Shown here in pieces: positions 24,431-36,219 of a DNA stretch of 64,000 nt. The notes under the pieces are model-generated. The model was not told where the DNA came from and searched no databases. It saw only the letters and a list, made by a program, of their open reading frames with translations. The position numbers and the translations under genes were made by a program. This DNA comes from Lama glama (Eukaryota): the NCBI GenBank assembly GCA_028534125.1, contig CM052817.1:23500001-23564000 (forward strand). Direction: 5' to 3'. Within the stretch, counting starts at the first letter, position 1; each line of letters begins with the position of its first letter.

Positions 24431-24755
24431 GAAGTAATATATTTTATGGTTAGTCGTTACAGGGAATTACTGAAAAATCCTTGACTGCATCTTGCAGTTT
24501 CACAGACCCTTAGAGTGTACACTGAGGTAGCATTTTTGGATGACAATATCTTTCATATTTAACATACAACACTACCTTTCCCCAGAAATTCCACTATTAG
24601 AAAAATATTCTAAAAATACTGTAATAATGTTATACTATTATTTTATAATGACATAAATATTTATATCATACCCACAAAATATCCTATAGATACTTAGATT
24701 ATGCCACAAAAGATAGTTCTTTGCAATGGCTGTGATGGCAAGTAAACTGTGAACC

Positions 24756-24962
24756 GTGGTGATTAATTTTGTATGTCAACATGGTACACAGGTTTTAGTC
24801 AAACATCAATCTAGATGTTGCTGTGAAGGCATTTTTTTTTAGATATCTCTCCAGAGAGACAGAGAGAGAGAGATGGAGATATAGATCAATACGGATATAT
24901 AGGTATACAAATACAGTCACACCCTGTCGGTTCTGATTATCTGCAGAAGGCTGACTAACAAA
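24756..24962 (+). mobile_element. MLT2 (ERV-L LTR), internally deleted
   Basis: GTGGTGATTAATTTTGTATGTCAAC...GTCAAACATCAATCTAGATGTTGCTGTGAAGG, then a GA/TA-rich tract and terminal GGTTCTG..TCTGCAGAAGGCTGACTAA. Confidence 0.75.
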
Positions 24963-25029
24963 CTACCTGAAGGAAAATGAACCGGGAGCTATTTAGGTAA
25001 ATGGTAATCATTTCCCACCCAAACCTTTT

Positions 25030-25295
25030 GCCACTACTGTAGTGTTATCAAGAAATTGTAAGGCAGATCTTTATGTGTTAAGATAGAGAACAAGTCATGA
25101 AAAACTTTCTGATGTGTACGCAGTACCATTGCCATTTAAAAAATCCATTCATGTAGATGTGCAGAGAGAGAGTAACTACCAAGTTGATAACAATGGTAAT
25201 CTGAATAAGTGGATTGTAATTGTTATTGTCTGTTTTCTTAACAGTATATTTTGAATTATTTTCAGAGGCCCACTATAGTTATTGTAAAATAATAA
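25030..25295 (+). mobile_element. Probable L1ME 3' fragment
   Basis: AGATCTTTATGTGTTAAGATAGAG...ACCAAGTTGATAACAATGGTAAT...TTTTGAATTATTTTCA...TTATTGTAAAATAATAA. Confidence 0.45.
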
Positions 25296-25355
25296 CCAAA
25301 TCACTTTTTGGAAGTACAAATTACTTCATACCTGTTCTCATACGTCTCTTCCTTG

Positions 25356-25359
<4 letters not shown>

Positions 25360-25389
<30 letters not shown>
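25360..25389. repeat. Poly(T)30 tract
   Basis: Direct read. Confidence 0.95.
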
Positions 25390-25392
<3 letters not shown>

Positions 25393-26039
25393 GGCCATAC
25401 AGCCCCCTTTCCTCTCTTCATTTGTCTGGACAGCACATAACCAGATTCCAGGATTTCAGATCATGACTCACCTTTTCTCAGAGCCTTTTCTGACACATCC
25501 TTTCTGAGTAGAATTGCTTACTACTTTCTCTGAGTTACCACTGAACCCTGAACAAAATATATCAAATCCCAAGTAATATATTACTGAGCTATTTCTGTCT
25601 TCTAGATTGCTCTTGAATACCATCTGCCAAATTTACCAAATGTATATCTCTGTCACATCTCTCCGTACAACTTCACAGTTAAATGATTAAATGTCTACTT
25701 GACACCTCCACATGGATATCAAAGAGGTGTCTCAATTTTCACACGCCCTAAACCAAATTGCTGGTAACAGGTAATCACTCTCTGCCAACAGATGGCACAG
25801 ACTGAGAATATTAGTGGTCTATATCTCTAACTGAAGATTGAAGCTGTATCCAAGGTGAAATACATGCTAAGAAAAAAATTTTTTTTAATCTACTGTACTC
25901 AAATTACTATATTGGTTGGAGACTGGAATTCAATCACTGCTGTGATAATTCAAATACAACAACCATGCAAACACTAAGCAAACCCCCACTGGAGCAGCTC
26001 TTTGTAAATGCTGTCTAGTAATTTCAGTAAGCTATAGGT

Positions 26040-26130
26040 CCTGTGCTGTGTTAATGCAAACATAACAGATGGTTATGCAAATGAAGTGCACGCACTAAAT
26101 CTTAGTAGTGAATGTAATTAATTATGAACT
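26040..26130. promoter_or_regulatory. Candidate enhancer: octamer + bHLH E-box + homeodomain cluster
   Basis: ATGCAAAC 26054, CAGATG 26066-26071, ATGCAAAT 26075-26082 and TAATTAATTA 26115-26124 in repeat-free DNA. Motif evidence only. Confidence 0.3.
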
Positions 26131-27294
26131 TATGAGTTGGAATAATTTCAAGATGCTTTCCATCTAAAGACAGTTTGAAAGGAAAGCTTGAGCATTCCAG
26201 TAAAATCAAAAGTGGTTGTAGGCTAATGGGCATTTTGAAGACTTAGCAAAATTACTTAAGGCATTTTATTTATTATAGCTTTAATTAAGTTTAAAATGCT
26301 GACTTATTTTCCTGATTCTAAACCATATTCAAATCCCGGAAGGACAGGCAAATACATCAAACATTCTCACAGTGCTATAGGATAATTCCCTAATTGTTTA
26401 CTCTAGAATTTGTTCATGATCATCAGACAGCCATCAAAACTTAGTTCAAATTCCCTATAGCATTCAATTATTGGGAGCTATAAAAATGAGAATTACTGAT
26501 TAGCACACTAACTTGGGTTTCCATAGCGACAGAATTTTTAAATCCTTGTCTCTATTTTTATGCATTTGTTTTTTGTTTCTTTATTTGAAGCAGAATGAAA
26601 TTTCAAAGGCTACTAAGGATTCATAGCATAGCTGAGATCAACATATCATTCATACCAATGCCACTGTGAGAGTGATTCATAGGGATCCCTAAGCCTCCCT
26701 GAGTCTCAGTTTTTACATCTCTAAAATGAGGAAGAAAGTTGGATAACTGCATAAGAGAGATTATGCTTTAAATGCTTTAAAATGTATTATTTATGTGGCT
26801 AATATCCTTTAAGTGTGGGATTATATAAAAGATTTTATAAACTGATTTTTCTTGTTATTTGCATATTATTTGATCTTGATTAACATCCAAGGAGACGTGT
26901 CTTCACTTTCAAGATATAGCCAAACTAAAATATTAGATTATTATCATATTAAAAGGCAAAAAATAAACTGTGGCAGTGCAAAAATATTAACAACTAGCAA
27001 GTATCATAAACTAAAACAAGTAGTTTTAGATATGCCATTTTAAAAGGTAAACAATGAATTTTCCGTATATGAGCTATCAAAGTCAGAATTCCCATGTACT
27101 ATAGACATAAAAATTTTATTTGAGCACTTTTAAAATGAAATATAAATAATTTTATTTTTCCATCTTAAGAAAAAAGTACAAAATACATCTTACTAGCATT
27201 AAATCTGTCATTTTAAAAAATTCAGTGATATTAAATGTTAATGTGTACATTTTTTTGCCTTTCCCTATGGTACATAGCAAAAAAGCAAGATGAT

Positions 27295-27620
27295 AAAAAA
27301 AAAGAAGACAAATGAACTTTAATATAAAACAGAAACAGTCTCACAGACATAGAATACAAACTTGTGGTTGCCAGAGGGGTGGAGAGTGGGGATGGACAGA
27401 CTGGAAGTTTGAGATTTGTAGATACTGACAGGTATATATAGAATAGATAAACAAGTTTATATTGTATAGCACAGGGAAATACATTCAAGATCTTGTAGTA
27501 GCTCATGGTGGAAAAGAATATGCAAATGAATATGTGTATATTTATGTATGACTGAAAAATTATGCTGTACCCCAGAAATTGACACAACATTGTAAACTGA
27601 CTATAACTCAATTGAAAAAA
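27295..27620 (+). mobile_element. Young 5'-truncated L1 3'UTR with 16-bp TSD
   Basis: ACAGACATAGAATACAAACTTGTGGTTGCC...GACACAACATTGTAAACTGACTATAACTCAATTG plus A tail. TSD AAAAARGCAAGATGAT at 27279-27294 and 27621-27636. Confidence 0.92.
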
Positions 27621-30600
27621 AAAAAGGCAAGATGATGATACTGTCTCTGGGGTTAGAGAACATGTACTTTTTTCTTAGTATTAAATTCAAGCCTACTTCT
27701 ACTTAAAATCATTGAGTAAAATGACTTTAAAAAAAAGAGTAAAGTTAAGGAAAGAACAAATTAAGTATTAAGAGCAAAAATAGCATACAGAATAAAGACG
27801 AAAGGAAAATACAGTGAGGAAATGACTGAAGATGGAGCTATAAGGTGCAAAGAGAAAGCAGTTATGAGACTGAGAAGCAACAGAAGGTGGAAGAAAGCAG
27901 AGAGAAAAGAAGATTAAATAAATCAGATAAAAAAAGTCTTTCAAATGTATCAAATGTGATTTCTCCAACAGTTTATTATAGTTTTAAAGTGTTACAGAGT
28001 TGCTGCATATGACTGCGAATTCCTAAATATTCTTTGATGAAAGTTTAGGTCTACTGGTCAATAGATCTGCAAAAAAAGAAAAGTTTGTATCTGCTAATAA
28101 TGTGTGTTTTTAGTTTTTGGCTCATTTCTGGGAGAAATTCTTAAGTGAAAATTTTGCTCAAGGGCAGATTTTTGCTATTCTTATTAAAATTAACTGGAAG
28201 CATTGACAGAAATGGTAAGACTTCATATTGTAGCTTAAGTTACAACATTACTGTAGAATGATGCAAATTCATAATCATTGTACTAAGGTAAAACATGAAC
28301 TATTCTGCACAGATCCTAAAGTAAATAAGTTATTTTGCCTTAGGAAAAAATATCTGAGCACATGAGGTAACTATTAACTTCTTCCAAGCTCTTTTAAGGA
28401 GAAATTACGTGGCTTTCAAATGTGTAGTGTAAGCATCTGGTAACTAGTACCAGTGCATGAATGATCATCGAAGTTTAGCCTTTGTCTTCCCAAAATTGCA
28501 ATATCTTCTATGGAGTCTAATGGAAATACATATTCAGAGATACAGAGCTGTCAATTTTATCTATTTTAGCCTCTAGAAAAAGTTAAATAAGTTATTTTGA
28601 AATTATTATTGTTCTTTTCCTATAGAAAAGGCTGTAATTAGAACATGATAAATACTGATGATCATGTAGGAAAATTTGCAGTTCTGAATCAGATACTGGC
28701 AATTGCCTAAAATATTATTAACATATTATAGAATATATTATATATTTCATATGTGATTTATATATTATTATAATTTTATTTGATACTGAATGCTTAAACA
28801 TCTATAAAGTGCTTAGAAGTATGTGTAGCATATGTATGTGTGTGTAGCATATGTATAGTAAGTCCTATATAGTTATCCCCTACCGAACAGTCCACTTCCA
28901 TTTCATACTCAACACACCTAAAGGAGAATTCATGAATTTCTCTATATATGTAATTCCTCATTTTTTAAAATGCATCACATTCTTCCACTTCTCCAAATCA
29001 AAGTCCCAAATTCATTTTACACTTTTCTCTCTCCTGCTTGTATCTATTCAGACAATAAATCTTTATATCTTTACTTTGCATTGATTCATGTTGTCTTTAT
29101 AGCCTTCTCTAATAGAACACTTCAGCTGGGCTGCAATGACTCCACTTTTCTATTTCTCCATATTATACGTTACTGCTCTATTATTCTTCTCAAAATATTT
29201 TCCATATTGCTACTTGCCTGTTGAATAACTCAAAATGGATTACTGTGATCTACTGAATTAATTCCAACCATTTCTTCCTGAAAACATCAGTCTTCCACAG
29301 TTAAACATAGATGCTCATTTATTTTCCTCTCCCATTTCCCCATATAGACCACCTCAGATTCACCATACAGGTATTCTGAAAATTTTGATAGCACGTTATT
29401 ATTCATAGAATATCTTATTTTCATTAATCTTGTTATCACTTAGATTTATGCTAGACAAAAATATACCATGTTCTAAATTTAAGCTGCTCAAAGACTATAT
29501 AATATTATCATGGTTAAATATCTCCACATGCATGACATTATATTTACTGACAATAACAAGCAATATCTTGTTTTCCTGAACCCTAGTGTAAGAATCTAAG
29601 GTCTAAAAAAGCGATGAAGTGTTATTTTGAGATTCTCACAGTCAAAATTTAAGGTGGGAAGGGCCCTGAGGAGAGGTATGGTAGAATTCTTACTGTTTTA
29701 TGAGAGCCAGACATTCATTATTAGGATTGGGAGAAAGAACTAGGACATTTCACAGTCTGTAAAAGGAACATAATAACAGTTCTTTAAAATGATAATGACT
29801 TAGCTAAATTGATACTGAAATATGTCAACATTTTTACTTTTCCAGTAAAAAATGGTCAAATTTTAAAAATTAAAATAGAAAAAGAACCAAAGTGTTTTAG
29901 GGGGAATTAGAGAGGAGCTGCCTATGATACGCATTTGGAGCAACAAGGAGACTAGTAAATAATGTGATTCAATACCAAGGACAGTACCCTGCAGATTCTT
30001 CCCTGTACATACGGAAGCCCCTCCTTTCTCTCAAAGCCTACCTTAATATAACTTCTTTTAATCAATCAAATTAAGATGTAATGTACTGTGTTTTTTATTT
30101 CCTGTGAAAAAAATAAACCATTAGATTAACTCCCTGAATGATTTATACTTTAACTGCAAAATGTTACACTGAAGTATTATGGCTTTAACAAACTTTTTTT
30201 TATGTTATATGCTACTAATAATAAGAAATCTATGGTATAATTAGCTTGAAAATGCCTATGATAAATATTGTGAATATTCTGACTATCTCATTTGCATTCA
30301 AAATGACTTTGCTTGTCAGTTATTGAGAAATATCAGAATGCTCCTAAATACTAACTTTACACATAGGTTTGTTGATGGAGTCAATTACATGAAACTTAAA
30401 GGTATATTTGCTTTCTGTTAAAAAATGAATCATAAATTTAGAAAATTATTCTGGCTATTAAAGTATAGAACATATGACACTCACACACACATAGACTTCT
30501 TAAAGCTGAGTCATTCATTTAGGTTTTTTACAATTTAGGGTGTGTGTAACAAATTGGACAGAAATAGAGTCCATTGAGTTTTAAATGCCCTCATTTCTGG

Positions 30601-30845
30601 AAATTATGTATGCCTCTCGTTTTATTCTCTGGCAATATTTATACATGTTAGGGAAGGACTAATTAAAGACTTTGATGTTTAGGCTATTGATATATTTCTT
30701 AAACTCAAGTTACTCTTCCCATTTTCCTAGATATCATTTTCTTCATTTTAGAACTATTTTATTTACCAACATAAGATGTAGATGATAACTTTATAGATTT
30801 TTCTACAGCATCTCCTTCTACATTTCTCCCCATAATTTTTATTCC

Positions 30846-31242
30846 TGTATTAGTCAACTCAGGTTGCTATAATAATAAACCACAGATTGGGTGGGTTAAA
30901 TAGCAGAAATTAATTTTCTCACAGGCTTGGAGGCTGGAAATCCATGACTAAGGTGCCAGCAGGGTTGCTTTCTGGGGTGACGTGTCTTCCTGGATTGTGG
31001 ATGGCCACCTTCTCACTGGTTTCACATAACATTTCCTCTGTGTTCATACAGAGAGAGGTCGATCTTTGGTGTCTCATCCTTTTCTAATAAGTGCACCAGT
31101 CCTATCAGGCTAGAGCCTCCAACCTTATGATTTAATTTAATCTTATTTACCTCATTACCTATCTCAAAGTATAGTCACAATGGGAGTTGGTGTTTCACCC
31201 CCATTTGAAATTTGGGGGGTGGACACTATCCAGTCCATAAAA
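30846..31242 (-). mobile_element. MaLR solo LTR, MLT1A-like
   Basis: TGTATTAGTCAACTCAGGTTGCTATAATAATAAACCACAGATTGGGTGGGTTAAATAGCAGAAAT...GGACACTATCCAGTCCATAA. Confidence 0.85.
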
Positions 31243-31260
31243 ACCACTGGTGACAATTTC

Positions 31261-31597
31261 TTTTTTTGTTGTTGTTTTTGTTTGTTTTTTTTAAACTTTT
31301 TTTATTGATTTATAATCATTTTATAATGTTGTGTCAAATTCCAGTGTTCAGCACAATTTTTCAGTCATTCATGGACATATACACACTCATTGTCACTTTT
31401 TTTTTCTGTGAGTTATCATAACATTTTGTGTATATTTCCCTGTGCTATACAGTGTAATCTTGTTTATCTATTCTACAATTTTGAAATCCCAGTCTATCCC
31501 TTCCCACCCTCTACCCCCCTGGTAACCACAAGTCTGTATTCTCTGTCCATGAGTCTATTTCTGTCCTGTATTTATGCTTTGTTTTTGTTTGTTTGTT
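31261..31597 (-). mobile_element. Young L1 3'UTR and tail, cut by assembly gap
   Basis: T-rich tail, then TTTATTGATTTATAATCATTTTATAATGTTGTGTCAAATTCCAGTG..., the reverse complement of the 12650-13030 3'UTR. Stops in the internal (GTTT)n tract. Confidence 0.92.
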
Positions 31598-32097
31598 NNN
31601 NNNNNNNNNNNNNNNNNNNNNNNNNNNNNNNNNNNNNNNNNNNNNNNNNNNNNNNNNNNNNNNNNNNNNNNNNNNNNNNNNNNNNNNNNNNNNNNNNNNN
31701 NNNNNNNNNNNNNNNNNNNNNNNNNNNNNNNNNNNNNNNNNNNNNNNNNNNNNNNNNNNNNNNNNNNNNNNNNNNNNNNNNNNNNNNNNNNNNNNNNNNN
31801 NNNNNNNNNNNNNNNNNNNNNNNNNNNNNNNNNNNNNNNNNNNNNNNNNNNNNNNNNNNNNNNNNNNNNNNNNNNNNNNNNNNNNNNNNNNNNNNNNNNN
31901 NNNNNNNNNNNNNNNNNNNNNNNNNNNNNNNNNNNNNNNNNNNNNNNNNNNNNNNNNNNNNNNNNNNNNNNNNNNNNNNNNNNNNNNNNNNNNNNNNNNN
32001 NNNNNNNNNNNNNNNNNNNNNNNNNNNNNNNNNNNNNNNNNNNNNNNNNNNNNNNNNNNNNNNNNNNNNNNNNNNNNNNNNNNNNNNNNNNNNNNNN
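31598..32097. other. Assembly gap (exactly 500 N)
   Basis: Run of N. The round length suggests a scaffolding placeholder rather than a measured size. Confidence 0.99.
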
Positions 32098-32207
32098 GGA
32101 GTTCCGCAGGTGCTCTGGTTGGCTGAGTGGGTCTGTAGATGTGGGTCTTGGTGTATTTGTGGGAGAGGGTGACTTACGAGCGTCCTTCTACTCCGCCATC
32201 TTGCCCC
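32098..32207 (-). mobile_element. L1 5' terminus (internal promoter with YY1 motif)
   Basis: Minus strand reads GGGGCAAGATGGCGGAGTAGAAGGACGCTCG...; CAAGATGGCGG (32193-32203) is the YY1 site typical of L1 5' ends. CpGs are retained. Confidence 0.85.
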
Positions 32208-32775
32208 TATATTCATTTTATATTGATACATAACAAATTACTATAAATTTATCCACATAAAGCAACACAAATTTATTATCTCATAGTTTCTTTGGGTCAG
32301 AAATCTGAGCACAGCTTAGATGGATTTTCTGCTCAGGGTCTCAGAAGCGGGCAATCAAGGCCCACCTTCTCGTCTGGAGGCTTGACTGGAGAAGAATTCA
32401 ATTCTAAGCTCATTCATGCTGTTGGCAGAATTCATTCCCTTACCGTTGTGTGAGTAAGGATGCTGCCTTTTTGCTGACCATCTGCTGGAAGCTGCCTCAG
32501 GTGCAAGAGGCTGCCCATGGTTTCTAGAGGCTGCCCACAGTTCCTTGCCAAATGAGCTTTCTCAGCATGACCTCTTATTTCACCAAGCCTGCACGGAGAA
32601 TCTGATCTGGGGTTTTAATTATATCTGCAAAAGTTCTTCACCTTTCCCACATTCTATTGTCTAGAGGCAACTCTGAGGTCCCGCCACACTCAGCGGGAAC
32701 GGACTACACCAGGCATGAACATCCATCCAGGGGCAGGAATCATGGGGCCCACTCCAAGGTCTACATTGCACACCA
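32208..32775 (-). mobile_element. MaLR solo LTR, MLT1 (E/F-like)
   Basis: ACATAACAAATTACTATAAAT...CAACACAAATTTATTATCTCATAGTTTCTTTGGGTCAGAAATCTGAGCACAGC...GGCAGGAATCATGGGG. Confidence 0.8.
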
Positions 32776-32799
32776 AGTGATAATAGTGATTTTGTTTTG

Positions 32800-33010
32800 T
32801 GTGGTTAGGATCATGGACTTTGAGGAGAATAGACGGGTTATAGTTCTAGCTCTAACAATTGTCACCTTTGTCAAGTTAGATCACTTCACTTCTGTAAAGA
32901 TCAACTCCTCCATACATAAAGTATGGATACTAAGACCTACTTCATAAGGAAGACCATGTGAGATGATAATTCTCAGCACTTCCTCTCATACCTACCACTT
33001 ACAAATAATT
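32800..33010 (+). mobile_element. MIR SINE
   Basis: GTGGTTAGGATCATGGACTTTG...TCTAGCTCTAACAATT...CATAAAGTATGGATACTAAGACCTACTTCATAAGG. Confidence 0.6.
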
Positions 33011-36000
33011 TGAACTTTTAATTATTATTATAATTACTAAATATGTACTTTTTGAGTAATCATAATTTATTTTTTAGAATAAATAGATTAAAAAGATATG
33101 TACTAGCTGTTTAACTTTATTTTTACTAAGATCCTAGTTCTGAGCCCAAATCTGTAAAAGGGAATTTGATTATACTAGACCTATAAATAAATTATTTAAG
33201 TGGAAACGGCAAGAATTTTTTGTAGTCATTCAGCTTTTGGGTACTTTAAAATTAGCTCCAGAGGAAATGATTCTGTCAACACACTTGTTTTCCTACCAAG
33301 TTATCCAGCACTGTTTGAGGTTTTTCTAATCTTGTGTCTTTTTTCCCCAATTATGTTTCCCACTTTCCTCCTGGCTGCAGATTTCAACTCTATACAGTGG
33401 CAGCTTAAATATTTATAAAGCATAAGCTACAGACTTTCTTTCAAACCTGCCTTAAAATTGAAAAGTGAAACTGAAAATGTAGTGATAACATCAAAAACAA
33501 ATATGTTGACTTGGCGAATTCTGAAGAGCACAAAGAAGTTTTGGAAAACTGTGGTTTTTCTATCCCTGTTTCCAAATGACAGCAGGCCTATTTCTTCTCA
33601 TAATACTTTGCAATTCTATTTTTAAATTGACACCAAAAAGTCAATGCTGATAATTTCACAAGCTACCAACTCTACTTGATCGTGAAAATCCAACTGGAAA
33701 TTCACAGAGTTGGCGTCCCTTCCCTCCAAGGGTCCAGAATAAGGAAATGACAGGGAGAAGGGGAACTGTCATTTGTTGAGAGTAGGCCACGTATGAGCCA
33801 CTTTCTTTCACTTTTATAAATGCTTTTCTTTAATGCTTTCACTTCATGAAATGCATTAGGGAAAGATAGGAGTTCTAAAACATATGATCAATTTCATAAT
33901 TTCAGATTGTAATCTTATAATTTTTTTAATCTTAGATTGATGTTTGTCAAAAAAATTCTCAATATTTTCTACTGCCTATCAAATCTATCCACAAGTTAAA
34001 AAAATATTTTATCACTGAAAAGGTGGACTTTGACACACACAAACATGCATGCACAAGCCCGTGTATGCACACACACCATACCTATAAGGAAATTTTGAAG
34101 TTTTTTTTTTTTTTTCAAAAAAAGGAAGGAGAGGGGAGGTATTGACTATAATTTAAGAAGTCTGAGGAAAACAAGAAAAATTATGGGTATATTGAAGAGC
34201 CTTTGAATATGATTATGAAGTTTGTTCAGTTGTCCTGGAGGAAGACAACATGTGGTAGCACAGAGCTTCTTCTAAACTAGAGGATGAGTAGGTCTAACCC
34301 TGAAGCTCACCTAATTTATATTCTTTAGTATCAGTTTTATTGATAATAAAGATCCTACTTTAATTTTTATCCACCAGAACCTTTTTTTTTCCCTTAACAG
34401 ATGTTGAACTTAAGTGAAGAAAATAGAAATGCCATCCATTGAATTTCTTCCAACCCTAACAGAATGGTGAGTTTACAGTGATGACTTTTTTATATTAAAT
34501 AATATTAATTCTAATCAATTACCTTTGATATATTGCATTTTGCCTTTTATGCTTATTTGTGTGTTTCTCATTCTTGTATTTTGATTTTTTGATTATTGCT
34601 GTCTTACTGTTATTGTGACCTCCCTTTGAAAAGAGACAAGCCTACTAGGCTGGAACACTACTCTGCCTTTTTAAGCAAACATTATGGATTTTGAGTATTT
34701 GTTCTAGTCAGCAAGCCTATCAGAGTTCACAGCACAACTGACAATTAAACAGACACAGATTTTTTTAAGCTCCATTATTATAAACTCTTCATTCTGATTG
34801 TTCTGTTATCGTAGGTTCAAACAGAAGTCACAACCATTGGACAAATAATTAAAGCCAACTTAAATGCATATTTATAAATAATAAGATCTTACTATTTATA
34901 GAACAGGATATAATTTCACAAGTTTTCCAATACTTTTTCAAATTCTAGCCTCTCATCCACTTGGAGGTATATGAATATATAACTGAAAACTATGTTTGTC
35001 TACCAGTCTTCAGAATTTGAGAGCTTTATGGCTTCACTATATTGACCTAGATAGGTGGCATTTGTTATCTTTACTTTATTATATAATTTTTTACAGAGAA
35101 AAACTCAATATGGGTTAATGAAATAAATATATTGCCAAAACTTGATTTTTCCTTGCAGTAAACCAATTCAATTACTCAAATGAACCCATCGGGTATGTCA
35201 TGAAAATGAGTAGCACCTTTGAATGTAACACAAACGTAGTAGCATGCCATGTCCAGCTCTCAGGAACTAATGAGGCAGCTCACAGAGCTGCTCGAGTCAC
35301 AGGAGACCTGTGAAGAGGGTCAAGATCTTTGTGATCATTGTTTGACAAGGCAGCCAGCTTAAGGGATTTTTTTTCTTTTTTATCAACTGCACTTCAGATC
35401 TGCTTAGTTTCTCTCCTGCCAGCTGTGTGTTCTCCCCTTTCTAAAGCCTCTCCTGTATTTCCTCGGGAAATGAATGAGACCTGAGGGGTGAGTCTCGGCA
35501 ATTATATCGACGTGACCCTGTTTTCCCAGGCAGTGCTGACCTCACAGCAGTTCCACGTCTCTCATTTTTCTCACAGATGCATCTTACACCAGCACCTTTG
35601 CTTGTGAGACAGACTGCAAATTGCTCTAAGCACAGACTTTAAGAAATTGAGAAAAACTTCTAAAGTCTGAAATTAGCTGTTATTTTCAACTGTAATTAAT
35701 TTTATGTTAAAAGGATATTCTTTCGGTTATAAAGGATATTCTTTATAAAACACAAGATAAAATATGCGTAGAACCATTCAAATGCGTTATCCTTTTGTTC
35801 ATGCTCCAAAGATGTAAAACATTTGAATCGCTTAGCAAAATACATCTTTCTTAAAGGTTAATCAGTGAACCAGTTCTCTCCCCTAAATCTCTGCTTTTTT
35901 TTCCTTCTATAAAAATCTAGGAAAATTACACAGTCTCAAAGATCCCTTCTTCTTCATTTGTTTTCTAATTGTTCTAAGATGAAGCAGCAGAGTTAAATAA

Positions 36001-36219
36001 CAAAGCCTGAACTTTCTCTCCCCAGGCTTCGTGTGGGACATCCTCTCCATCCCTCTTAGAGTTTCAGAGTCAATGTTTCTTTTCTATAAGAAGGCAACAT
36101 AATTGGATGCCATATATATATGCAAAAATTACTCGTTATAAGGATACTTTGAAATTCATTTCAGTTTATTTCATTCTCAGTAATGTTTCCTGTACTACAT
36201 CTTCTTCAGAACCATCCCA

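Noticed and set aside
31390..32233. Longest ORFs in the track (177-260 aa)
   Set aside because: They are artefacts of translation through the 500-N gap.
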